Assembly: GCF_963921235.1 (NCBI RefSeq)
Contig: NC_086097.1
Span: forward strand, 228,596,001 to 228,660,000
Length of the DNA stretch: 64,000 nucleotides
Origin: Mobula hypostoma
Lineage: Eukaryota
Direction of reading: 5' to 3'
The notes beneath the pieces are model-generated. The model was not told the DNA's origin, searched no databases, and saw nothing but the letters and a program-made list of their open reading frames with translations. Positions 50,960 to 62,965 of this stretch are shown in pieces (within the stretch, counting starts at the first letter, position 1; each line of letters starts with the position of its first letter). Made by a program: the position numbers and the translations under genes.

Positions 50960-52240
50960 CATCAGGCAGACACAGCATGGACTCAGCAAACACAGGTCCT
51001 GTTTGACAAACTTACTGGAGTTCTTTGAGGATATAATGAGCGCAGTGGATAGAGGGGAACAGATGGACTTTAGTTACTCGGTTTTCCAGAAGGTGTTTGA
51101 TAAGGTGCCACATAAAAGACTTATCCATAAGATAAGAATGCATAGAGATGGGGGTGATGTAGCATGGACAGAGGATTGGTTAACTAATAGAAAGCAGAGA
51201 GTTGGGATACATGGGTGTTACTCTGGTTGGCAATTAGTGGTGAGTGGTGTGCCACAGGGATCAGTGCTGGGCCCGCAGCTGTTCACCATATACATTAACG
51301 ATCTGGAAGAGGGGCTGACTGTAGTGTATCTAAGTTTGCTGATGATAATAAATCCAGTGGAAAAGCAAATTGTGCAGAAGATACAGAGAGTTTGCAGAGA
51401 GATATGGATAGGTTAAGTGAGTGGGCAAGGGTCTGGCAGATGGAGTACAACGCTGGTAAATGTGAAGTCATCCACTTTGGAAGGAAAAATGAAAGAGAAG
51501 ATTATTATATAAATAGTAAAAAAAATTGCAACATGCTGCTGTGCAGAGGGACTTGGGAGTACTTGTGCATGAGTCACAAAAGGTTGGTTTGCAGGTGCAG
51601 CAGGCTATCAAGAAGGCAAATGGAATGTTGGCTTTCATTGCTAGAGGGAATGAATTTAAGAGCAGGGAGGGTACTGGTGAGGCCGCACCTGGAGTACTGC
51701 ATGTAGTTCTGGTCTCCTTACTTGAGGAAGGATATACTGGCTTTGGAGACAGTGCAGAGGAGGTTCAATAGGTTAATTCCAGAGATGAAGAGGTTACAGT
51801 ATGAGGAGAGATTGAGTTGCCTGGGACTGTACTCACTGGAATTCAGAAGAATGAGAGGAGAAACATATACAATTATGAAAGGGATAGATAAGATAGAAGC
51901 AGAGAAGTTGTTTCCACTGGTAGGTGAGACTAGAACTATGGGACGTAGCCTCAAGATTTGGGGGAGTAGATTTAAGATGAAGATGAGGAGGAATTGTTTT
52001 TCCTAGAAAGTGGTGAATCTGTGGAATTCTCTACCCAATGAAGCAGTGAAGGCTACCTCAGTAAATATATTTAAGACAAGGTTGGATAGATTTTTGCATG
52101 GTAGGGGAATTAAGGGTTATGGGGAAAAAACAGGTAGCTGGAGATTTCATGGCCAGATCAGCTATGACCTTATTGAATGGCAGAGCAGGCTCAACGGGCC
52201 AAATGGCCCACTCCTGCTCCTATTTCTTATGTTCTTATAT
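50960..52240 (+). mobile_element. CR1 RT to 3' end, decayed
   Basis: [23 protein letters not shown] and a TTCTTATG tail. Confidence 0.92.
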
Positions 52241-52825
52241 TTATAAATCTGCATTTAACATCTAAAATGACAACAGTCCTGGAATATTTTGCTTTAGGGA
52301 CTGAGTAAGGGCCATAGGAGTGACTAAGGAGGTTGGCAAGTGCAGAAAAGTGGACAGTGTCCATATGGACTTTATCGTGGCCTTTGTTAAAGTCCTGCGA
52401 TGTAAGCTGGTCCAGAAGTTTAGAATATATGGAGCCAAGAGTGAGAGCAAATCTGGATGAAAAAATTAGAGACACAAGAATCGGCTTGGCGGTAGGAGAC
52501 AGAGGTGAAGGTTGATTTTCAGATTAATCAATTTACTTTATTTTGAGGCACAATCTGGTAACAGACCCTTTGGCCCTATGAGCTGATGGCACCAAAATTG
52601 GTGCTACTGTACACAACAAAGAGGGTTGATTAATGTTACAACAGGATCTATGCCAGTAGGGGAATTGGGTAAAGGAATGATTGATTGAATTAGTAAGTGT
52701 AAAGTCATACCTTTTGGTATGTTAAACCAGGCCAGGTCATGCATAGTGAATAACAGGCCCTTGGGGAGTGTTGCTTTACAGAGAGACTGAAGGGTATGTG
52801 TGACTCAGCTCAATAGAATGTTATG

Positions 52826-53523
52826 CAACAGACATCAAAGTTGCTGGTGAACGCAGCAGGCCAGGCAGCATCTATTGGAAGAGGTACAGTTGACGTTTTG
52901 GGCCGAGACCCTTCGTCAGGACTAACTGAAAGAAGAGCTGGTAAGAGATTTGAAAGTGGGAGTGGGAGGGGGAGATCCAAAATGATAGGAGAAGACAGGA
53001 GGGGGAGGGATGGAGCCAAGAGCCGGACAGTTGATTGGAAAAAGGGATATGAGAGGATCATAGGACGGGACTTCTCTAACTTCCATTAATGCCCTACCTC
53101 CCACTTGTACCCCATCCGTTATTTATTTATATATATATATTCTTTCTCTCTCCCTCCTTTTTTTCCCCTCTGTCCCTCTCACTATACTGCTTGCCCATCC
53201 TCTGGGCTTCCCCCTCTCCCCATTTTCTTTATCCCTGGGCCTCCTGTCCCATGATCCTCTCATATCCCTTTTGCCAATCAACTGTCTGGCTCTTGGCTCC
53301 ATCCCTCCCCCTCCTGTCTTCTCCTATCATTTTGGATCTCCTCCTCCCCCTCCAACTTTCAAATCCCTTACTCACTCTTCCTTCAGTTAGTACTGACGAA
53401 GGGTCTCAGCCTGAAACGTCAACTGTACTTCCTCCTAGAGATGCTGCCTGGCCTGCTGCGTTCACCAGCAACTTTTATGTGTGTTGCTTGAAATTCCAGC
53501 ATCTGCAGATTTCCTCGTGTTTG
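52826..53523. mobile_element. Two-tailed fold-back PLE derivative in an old CR1 (~52335-53870); hammerhead copies 52887-52928 (-) and 53384-53425 (+)
   Basis: The left arm 52826-53064 is the inverse of the right arm. TSD CAATAGAATG(T/C)TATG at 52811-52825 and 53524-53538. Confidence 0.92.
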
Positions 53524-54049
53524 CAATAGAATGCTATGGTGCATTTGCCTTTATCAGCCAAGGCACTAAGTACAGGAGTTGGGACATCCTGTTCCAGTTG
53601 AACATATCATTGGTTCGGCCACAGCATTTTGTGCAGTTGGTCGCCAAGCTGTAGGAAAGAAGTGATTAAGCTAGAGACAGTGCAGAAATGGTTCAATAGG
53701 ATGCTGCCTGGACTGGCGGGTTTGAAATAGAAGAGAGCAAGTAGGCTGGGACTAGGATGGTTTTCGCAGAAGAGGAGGAGGCTGAGAGGTGACATGATAG
53801 AGTTTTATAAAATTTTTAAAAAGCATTGATAGGGTAGAGAGTCACAATCTTTTTCCTAGGGCTGGGAAGGTGTAGATAAAAGTCTTGATTGAAAGGGTTA
53901 GTTGATGGGTGACTGTGAAAATATGGCATTTAACAAATAGTTCACTGACCTCAGCCCTGAAACAGAGACCCATGAACTATTTGGGGAAATCTACCCAGAC
54001 CCCCTGGTATTGACCACCAAAGCTGTCTTCTAATGTTTGCAGAAGGACT

Positions 54050-54815
54050 TCAAAGGTTCAATTTAATGTCAGAGAAATGTATACAATATACATCCTGAAA
54101 TGCTTTTTCTTCGCAAACATCCACGAAAAAAGAGGAGTGCCCTAAAGAATGAATGACAGTTAAATGTTAGAACCCAAAGTACCCCCCCCACACCCCTCCC
54201 TCCTGCATGTAAGTGGCAGCAAGCAACGACCTCCCCACCCCCCAGCAAAATAAGCATCGGCACCCGCCACCGAGCACTCAAGCGTGAGCAAAGCAACAAC
54301 AAACACACAGACTTGCAGTTACCCCAAAGATTACTTGTTCCCCCAGTATTCAACATACCACAGGCTCGCTCTCTCTCCCTAATAAGGGAAAAAGAGATGT
54401 CTCCGTTTCACAGCGAGAGGGGAGACATAACAAACAACTCGCTGGTTTATGATGTTAAAAGTCTGTTGCATCGCTTCTTCCGAGCTCTGTGCCCAAAGAT
54501 CTTCCATCTCCCCCAACACACTGACCTTCGATCCTCCCGTCTCCAGAGCCACGAGATCTCGGCCCTCCGGAGGCGAGCTGAGCTCTTAGGCCGAGCCCTT
54601 GGCATGCCGAATAACGGCCAGTCGTGAAACCCCGAGAGCAGGTCCCATTCCCCCGAAGAACCGTAGTCAACGTGTAACCCCGGGTCAGGATCTTCAAAAG
54701 AACCCTGAAAGGGAAAAATAGAGATATGAAAGATGGAAATAGAGCTGTTTCCAAAGATGCAAGCAAAGGAGTTGCTGTTAGGTGCCATTAACCCTCCTGA
54801 GCTCCTCTTCCTCAC
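54050..54815 (-). mobile_element. Apparently complete non-autonomous Rex1-associated retroposon (CpG-rich, non-coding)
   Basis: Same 3' tail family as ~590-657 and 21680-22015. The 5' region has ATGGCACCTAACAGCAACTCCTTTGC. No recognisable protein. Confidence 0.6.
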
Positions 54816-55117
54816 AATAGCAGAAATATCACATCTAAAAGCTCACTACCTGTCTTGGTCCGCCATTTATTTCGTTGTTGTTATTAGCTCCATTACCCGA
54901 TGCATGCAACAGACACTAACCCCTTCCACGTTCTGGATTGGCCTGACTTGTATCTGGGAGCTTGATTATAGAGGTAAACCAATAAAAAGCAAGGTCATTA
55001 CTGACTGAATGCTGAGACCTTTAATGTTATCAGGTAGCACAAATGTGGCACACTGCCTGCATTGGGTCAAATAGATTAAGATTAATTGTGAATCACAATC
55101 CTGACATTTGTTTTCAG

Positions 55118-55207
55118 GTGGTTCCCATTTTAACTCTCTATGCATTTCCTGAACCATATGCAATGACTAGACCAAAGGAACCAGGACCTGCCCCCCTGAT
55201 TCTTTAA
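55118..55207 (+). CDS. Candidate terminal exon C (phase 0 to stop): VVPILTLYAFPEPYAMTRPKEPGPAPLIL*
   Basis: Branch-like CTGAC (55101) plus atttgttttcag|G acceptor. The phase matches exon B, and AATAAA lies at 55375-55380. Confidence 0.55.
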   Translation: MVPILTLYAFPEPYAMTRPKEPGPAPLIL

Positions 55208-56374
55208 TGTCCATCAAGGGCATCACCTTTCTTCCCAAACTGTGACTGACACTAATTCAGTGTTCACTAAATCGCCATACCATCTGACAATTAATGACAC
55301 TTAAAATTAAGGAATACCTTAATTCTCCAAAAGCACTGAATTTATGTTTAAGGTGGATATTTTTATGATGTAGTAATAAATGAATCAGAAATGAGCAAGA
55401 CAGCCCAGATAGAAAGGATGGCAGACTGACAGACTAATTAAGTCCTCTTGTAGTCCCTTCCTTGCTCTGCAGAATGCTATGACTCTTTTGAGAACATGAC
55501 ACGGGGCCTATAATATTAATGGGGCTTCCTGCAGCTGGCAAGTAAATGTAAAATGGTTTTATTCCACGCCATTGTAAAATGCCTGAAGCAATTTAATATA
55601 AATTGAAAGCTTACAGCCAGTGAAGTAAATCCCAAAGAGTTTGTTTTGCAAAGAGCAGTCAGTAGCAGAGAATACAACTCATCACAACTGATTCAAAATG
55701 CATTAATGTCATTAATGTTGTGTTGTTTCTTCATGAGAGTTATTTTAACCTTTCCTGTAAATCTGAACAGGTACCAGACTGAGGCCCGTAATCTGGTCAG
55801 GGAACTCACAAAATTAAGCAATGTTTTGGCATAGCAGGTGGCCGATATATTAATTCCAGAACAATATATGGTGACTTACTAACAATATGTTTGAAAGTAG
55901 TGAAGGGAACAGATATGCATAGATAAATATTAAATGCAATTAATGCCTACTGGATGATGTTCCCAAACACTATTCAAAGAGCAGAATCATCGCTTGGGCA
56001 CTCCAATAGTCTGGCTGGTGATGTGCCTAGCGATTTATTCATCTTTGTGTGGCCTTTCCAGTGAGTGGAAGAAAGTCCATGGAAATTCAGAACAAACATC
56101 ACTGCCTGCACAATATTTGGCATTGGATGTCTAATATATGTTTAGGTCTGCACCGTCCTTATGAATTATTCAGTCCTCCTCCCCCTCTCCCCGAACCACC
56201 CCTCCCCCGCCGTGACTTCACCTCATGAACAGAAAAGCCAATATCACTGTCAAACATTTGTACTGATATTACTTTGCAGCAGCAGAGCTCAAATTTTAGT
56301 CCCCATCCTTCAGGTTAGGTCAACGTATGATCCATTTTTGTATAAATCTTCCTAATAGTTGAGGCAGACGAGAT

Positions 56375-56387
56375 GTTGCTAGGCAAC
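56375..56387. promoter_or_regulatory. RFX X-box-like motif
   Basis: GTTGCTAGGCAAC in a ~2-kb repeat-free stretch; motif match only. Confidence 0.35.
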
Positions 56388-57314
56388 AACCACTACACCC
56401 CTTGAACATTATTCCAGCCTCTGTTGTTTTACAATAGTCCAGTGATGAACACCATCACTTAAATGAAAACGGTGAATGTTTATCTTCTGCCTGAAAGGGG
56501 GTATAACCCTTTAAACACTGGATATTCTGGAAGCCATTACCAAAGTAAAGTGCCAAACAATTTTCAAATACAGTGACCTAGCTGTGATACCAAAATGATA
56601 GCCTTCATTTCTCAGCAATATACTCATAGTGCACTTGTCAGTGAAAATTAATGTCCTTTCCGTTAACTTCCACGGCAGTTACCATTGTAAAGTTTACAGG
56701 TCTGTCTGAGATTTGCTCCAAAATGCCGCTGAAATTACACTAACCATTAAGGAGGTGTACAGTCTGTAACATAACACATATCAGATAAATTTCTACAATG
56801 GTGTTGTAAGGGCTTAGATTCCTGCAGATCTGTTGTAACCGTGATGGAAAAGGTTCAGTAGTGCCTGTCCAATGTCACAGACAGCACACAGCCGAAAAAA
56901 AAATCAAGTGATTTCCTGGCATACATGACAAATACTCTCTTCTTGGGCTTCCGGCCAAAAACAGGTACCGATTATAACCGATGTTTCAATGACAAATTCT
57001 GCCCTCTTCATCAGGGATGATGCCTGGACATGTCTAGTCCAGTGGTATATATACCCCTGTAGTCCGTCCCTCCTGATTGGTTAGTCCTCATCCAATCAGG
57101 TTTCTGTTCTCCCACCTTGTTTATAATTGAATTCCAATTCTTACTTAGAGTGAGACCTTTGACTTTGTTAAAATTCTTTTTCTCTAGTGTTATTTCAATG
57201 GCTTCCTTTCCCAGGCGCAGCAATTTTGTGCTGTCGAAATCAATCCTGTGGACGTTGCGAATGCAGTGTTCTGCTACCGCTGATTTCTTTGGGTAACCCA
57301 AATGGATCCTTGAT

Positions 57315-58705
57315 CCCCTTTCCCTCCCCTCTCTCCCCTTTCTAGATCTTTCTGTCTCTGTCTCTGGAGACAGCTTATCCACTGATATCTACTATAAGCC
57401 TACTGACTCTCACAGCTATCTGGACTATTCCTCTTCTCACCCTGTCTCTTGCAAAAACGCCATCCCCTTCTCGCAATTCCTCCGTCTCCGCCGCATCTGC
57501 TCTCAGGATGAGGCTTTTCATTCTAGGACGAGGGAGATGTCTTCATTTTTTAAAGAAAGGGGCTTCCCTTCCTCCACTATCAACTCTGCTCTTAAACGCA
57601 TCTCCTCCATTTCACGTACATCTGCTCTCACTCCATCCTCCCACCACCCCACTAGGAATAGGGTTCCCCTGGTCCTCACCTACCACCCCACCAGCCTCCG
57701 GGTCCAACATATTATTCTTCGTAACTTCCGCCACCTCCAACGGGATCCCACCACTAAGCACATCTTTCCCTCCCCCCCTCTCTCTGCATTCCGCAGGGAT
57801 CGCTCCCTACACAACTCCCTTGTCCATTCGTCCCCCCCATCCCTCCCCACTGATCTCCCTCCTGGCACTTATCCGTGTAAGCGGAACAAGTGCTACACAT
57901 GCCCTTACACTTCCTCCCTTACCACCATTCAGGGCCCCAAACAGTCCTTCCAGGTGAGGCATCACTTCACCTGTGAGTCGACTGGGGTGATATACTGCGT
58001 CCGGTGCTCCCGATGTGGCCTTTTATATATTGGTGAGACCCGACGCAGACTGGGAGACCGCTTTGCTGAACATCTACGCTCTGTCCGCCAGAGAAAGCAG
58101 GATCTCCCAGTGGCCACACATTTTAATTCCACATCCCATTCCCATTCTGACATGTCTATCCACGGCCTCCTCTACTGTAAAGATGAAGCCACACTCAGGT
58201 TGGAGGAACAACACCTTATATTCCGTCTGGGTAGCCTCCAACCTGATGGCATGAACATTGACTTCTCTAACTTCCGCTAGGCCCCACCTCCCCCTCGTAC
58301 CCCAGCTGTTACTCCTTTTTATGCACACATTCTTTCTCTCACTCTCCTTTTTCTCCCTCTGTCCCTCTGACTATACCTCTTGCCCATCCTCTGGGTCACC
58401 CCCCCCGGTCTTTCTCCCTAGGCCTCCTGTCCCATGATCCTCTCGTATCCCCTTTTGCCTATCACCTGTCCAGCTCTCAGCTCTATCCCTCCCCCTCCTG
58501 TCTTCTCCTATCATTTTGCATCTCCCCCTCCCCCTCCAGCTTTCAAATCCCTTACTCACTCTTCCTTCAGTTAGTCCTGACGAAGGGTCTCGGCCTGAAA
58601 CGTCGACTGCGCCTCTTCCTATAGATGCTGCTTGGCCTGCTGCGTTCACCAGCAACTTTGATGTATGTTGCTTGAATTTCCAGCATCTGCAGAATTCCTG
58701 TTGTT
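57315..58705 (+). mobile_element. Young Neptune-type PLE, 5'-truncated, colinear, nested in the Poseidon-type PLE
   Basis: Open frame LPFLD...GVIYCVRCSRCGLLYIGET...NFR* (to 58280). Near-identical to 17821-19170 inverted. TSD TGGATCCT(T/C)GAT at 57303-57314 and 58706-58717. Confidence 0.96.
58568..58609 (+). ncRNA. Intact minimal type-I hammerhead ribozyme (predicted cleavage after 58604)
   Basis: Stem I AGTC/GACT, CTGACGA at 58577-58583, stem II AGG/CCT, GAAA at 58597-58600, palindromic ACGT stem III and a GTC triplet. Confidence 0.88.
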
Positions 58706-60145
58706 TGGATCCTCGATGCAGGTTTCCTCCGTGTGTCTCATCTGGCCGATGTAGGCTGCTCCACATTCACAGGGAATCCTGTAAATGACCGGCATAAACT
58801 GTGATTTGAGCTTTCTTACGGGTTTGTGGATGGTACTAATCTGGTATCTCTTCAGGATCCTGGCAGTCCTTCCAGGAACCATGGAAATATAGGGAAGACA
58901 GGCGGTAGTGACAGGTTCCTCTTCATTGTTAGGTTTCCTGGTTTTTCCGTCAGCCCGTTTAATTCCTTCACCTTGTAGCCATTCTGTAGGAACGTCTTCC
59001 TCAGGGAGACTCTCCAGGTCTAAAATAGCTTTCTTACAGTTAATCAAAGTAGAAAGAACTGCTCTACATTGGGAGGCGTGTTGGTAAGCTGTTATTGTTG
59101 AGGTACAAGTGCGTGTGAGTGGGTTTTCAATAGATACCATGTCCAAGGCTACCGCTGGGTTTCCATCATATTAGAATGTCCAGGAATGGGAGGCAACCAT
59201 TCTTCTCCATCTCCATTGTAAATTGAATGTTTGGATGTATCCTGTCTTTGTCGCTGGCTATCGCTAATTTCTACATGGAGAACCTTGAGGAGCAGGCTCG
59301 GAGTTCATCACCCTTACTCCCCAAATGCTCCTTCAGATATGTTGACGACACCTCTGTAGTGTGGCCTCATGGACTCTAGGCACACCAACAGTTCCACAAC
59401 CATCTGAACAGTATACACAGTGGAAACCGTATCAAGGAGCACAGGAGGTGTATCCATTTGGGTTACCTGGAGAAATCAGCGATAACAGAACACTGCATTC
59501 GCAATGGCCACAGGTTAGACTTCGACGGCACAAAACTATTGTGCCACACCAATGGCTTTTGGGACCGCCTGGGAAAGGAAGTCTTTGAAATAAAATTAGT
59601 GGAAAAGAATTTTAGCATAAATGAAGATCCTGCTGTAAGAACTGTATTTCGATTGTAAACAAGGTGGGAGAGTGGAAACCTAATGGAACGGGGACTACAG
59701 GAGTATAAACACCACCGGACTAAACATGCCCAGGCATCATCCCTGATGAAGATGGCAGAGTTTGTTATCGACACTTCAGTTATATTCGACACCTGTACCC
59801 GGCTGGAAGCCCGAGAAAAGTTTATTCAAATATTTAAGCCTAATCAATCATTTGCCATATTTCCTAAAATTTCATATTTGGTACAGACTAGATGGGCCAA
59901 AGGGCCTTATTCTGCGCTGTAGTGCTCTATGACTCTGTAACTCATTTAAAGTGACTCCTCGGCTGGCCAAAGCAACACCTAATTTTATTATAGGAATATG
60001 CAAAAGAAGAAAATTTATGCAAATAAAAAATACTGAGAACATGTTGTAAAGAGTCCTTGAAAGTGAGTCTGCATGTTGCGGCATTAGTTCTGAGTTGTGG
60101 TGAGTGAAGTTATCACCAGTGGTTCAGGAGCTTGATGGTTATAGG

Positions 60146-60725
60146 CAACATTCCCTCTGAGGTGTTCACGTGTGCACACGCACACATCTTTTACTACTAG
60201 CACACAAAGAAACTTAAACAAAAGGTTGTTTCTGTCTACCTCATTGGCCTGTTAAGAATATTTCATGATCGTACACAATCACATTTCCTGTTCTGGTTTC
60301 TGATGCGGATGGTGCCGACAATGTGGAGTTGCGATGATCTGTCTGCAGATTTTAGAGCTGGCTTATTTATACTGTTTTTATTATTGATTCGCTATGTCAA
60401 ATTCCAAAGAAGCAAAGAGCATGAAGGGCCAAAGAACTGCTAGTTCATTGAAAGAGGAATGGCTTAATGAAACAGTAGAAACTGCTACACTGAAAGGTCA
60501 TGAGGTCAGGAACATGCAACTATGAGAAATATTTATGTGCAATACAAAATTTGGTGTTACCTGCATGTATTACCATGATGCAAAGGTTGCTGGAGAATTC
60601 GCAAGTTGGAAGAAGTAGAATGATATTTGGAAACTTGACTTTTTAAAGCATCATCTAGCAAAAATCACATATAGATGGTGTGCAAAAGCTCTAGTGAGAA
60701 AATCCTTCATTACCCGCTGCAGTGT
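60146..60725 (+). mobile_element. hAT DNA transposon (Tip100/Arthur-like) left end with decayed transposase N-terminus (60394-~60690)
   Basis: End CAACATTCCCTCTGAGG. Translation MSNSKEAK...KEEWLNE...VTCMY..AKVAGEFA...WKLDFLKHHL..SH resembles a TTF-type zinc finger (recall-based). Confidence 0.6.
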
Positions 60726-61734
60726 ATTTTATGAGATAGGATACTCTCCACTGTGAATCGATAGAAGTTTGGAGACATACTGAATCTGTACCTACTTCTA
60801 AAAAAGTTGAGGGACTGTCATATCCACCTGGTGATGGCACTTATGTGATATGATAATGTCAAGGCATTTAAAGCTACTGACCCTCGCCTCCTCCAATCAC
60901 CTTATGAACGTCTGGCTTCTTTCTCCTGTAGTCAATAATCAAATACCAGGAGCTGGTAGAGCAGTGCCAGAGACAGGGTTGGAGAACACATTGCGAGCCT
61001 TTGCTGGCTGCTTGCTCTGCAGGACCTAATCTCTCCTTGGCGTTATGGGGGCTGCAAAGAAAAGAGCCCTCAGGACCATTACAGAGGCTGCTGATCGTGC
61101 CTCCAGAGGTGTAACCGGTGGACCAATGCTGCTGGGGCACAGGCTGGAGCCTGATCAACCCCGGCTGAGTTGCCTGGGTAAGGGCATCTGATTTTGAGAG
61201 ACCCGAAGCACCCAAACGGATGGCCCCAGGTTACATCATTGATGATGTGTCCTCGCGTTTTCTAGGACGCATCTCAGCATCAGCCTTTTAGTTTTGCTGC
61301 CATTGAGTAATGAGTCCTTTGCAAACATTATAGCAGTATATAATGGATATTTTCATTTAGTTTATAAGGGTCACAATTTAATTGACAGTTAGAGTCTTCA
61401 GCTTAAATAAAGCTGATTTCGTGGATATGAGAAATATAGCAGCTAAGGTGGATGGAAGATTAGAAGAAAGATTTGTTTATAGATAAATAACAACAACAAA
61501 ATAAAGATATGCTCTCATAATTCTCAATTAATGGAGAAAAGTAGCAAAAATGGTTCAACCAGATCCAACAAAGAAGATCGACAATAATATTGGATTGAAC
61601 TTAGATTAGAAGTGTATAGAGGAGACCCCAGGGGACTAGAAACATTGCTTTTCTTAATATATACTGGTGATAACTCATGATTTTTAAATCTGCAGATTGA
61701 CACAGAAATTGAAGTAGAGGGAACTATAAGTACT

Positions 61735-62146
61735 AGCCTCCATCGTATCCAGGACATCTTCAAGAAACGGTGCCTCAGAAAAGCAGTTTCCATCTTCAAG
61801 GACCCCTCCACCTAGGACATGCCCTCTTCTCATTGCTACCATCAGGAAGGAGGTACAAGAGCCTGAAGGCACACACTCAGTGATTCAGGAACAGCTTCTT
61901 CCCCTCTGCCATCCAATTCCTAAATGGACACTGAACCCATGAACACGACCTCAATACTTTTTTTAAAATTTCTGTTTTTGCACTATTTATTTCAATTTAA
62001 CTATTTAATATACATATACTGTATATATTTACCGTAATTTATTTGTTTTTCTACATTTATCATGTATTGCATTGTACTGGTGCTGCAAAGTTAGCAAATT
62101 TCACGACAGATACCGATGATACTAAACATGATTGATTCTGATTCTA
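61735..62146 (+). mobile_element. Rex1-type LINE 3' fragment
   Basis: IQDIFKKRCLRKAVSIFKDP..GHALFSLLPSGRRYKSL..FRNSFFPSAI, with a GATTCT tail. Confidence 0.85.
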
Positions 62147-62184
62147 TGAAGAAGAAAGCAATAAATTTCTAAAATATTCTCTGG

Positions 62185-62930
62185 CTAGTTAGATAGAAGT
62201 GGCAGATGAAATTTAGTGCAGAAAAAATTATTGGCAGGAAGGAAAAGGAAGGCAATGATTCCAAAGGCCGTGATTCCAAAATAGCTGCTCCGATAGAGAG
62301 ACTGCTGGGTATACCCATATAGCTTGTTGAAAACGTCAACGCTGCTTGAGGAAGTAATAACAAAGCAGAAAGGATCTTGGGCTTTAGAAGAGGCATATAA
62401 GATAAGAGCAAGGAGATCATGATGAAACTTTATGAAACATTTGTTCAACCACAATTACAGAATTGTGTCCATTTCTGGGTGCCACACATGACAAAGGTGC
62501 AGAGGCTTTGGAGAGGTTGCAGTAAAGATATACTAAAATCATTTCATGGGTGAGGGACTTTAGATACAGAGTTGTTCTCCTTGGAGCAGAGAAGGTTGTG
62601 GGTGGCGGGGGGGGGGGATCTGCTAGAGCTATTTAAATCATTTTAAGATTAAGTCAAAGAAACTGTTCCTATTCATGGAAGTGTCAAGAATCAGGGGAAT
62701 GATGGTGATTGAAAAAATAATGATAGATGGAATGAGAAAAAATGTGAACGCAGCATATGATCAGGGGCTGTAATGAGAATTCTATTTTTGCCAAGAAGTA
62801 GAGGTGAGTGTGCTGCCAGAAGTAGTGATTGAGGCAGACACATTAGCAATGCTAAATGGATAGGAAGGGTTTGGAGGGCTATGGCTCAAATACTGGCAGG
62901 TGGGATTTGCTCACTTGGTTAAGCGTCTGC
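62185..62930 (+). mobile_element. Very decayed CR1 3' fragment
   Basis: KWQMKFS.EK and MKLYETFVQPQLQNCVHFWVP. Confidence 0.7.
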
Positions 62931-62965
62931 ATCCATGTCCTAAAACCCTATGACTATGATAAGCT

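Larger units (their letters stand above)
56929..59830. mobile_element. Second PLE family (Poseidon-type), rearranged with inverted 3' ends: minus part 56929-57314 + 58706-59240, plus part 59241-59830
   Basis: RYVDDT (59335-59352), IHPNIQFTMEME..LPFLD, VIYRIPCECGAAYIGQ and KSAVAEHC. Hammerhead-like cores at ~56975-57020 (-) and ~59737-59782 (+). Confidence 0.88.

Noticed and set aside
54313..54815. CpG-island promoter or overlapping ORFs
   Set aside because: The CpG richness lies inside a non-autonomous retroposon.
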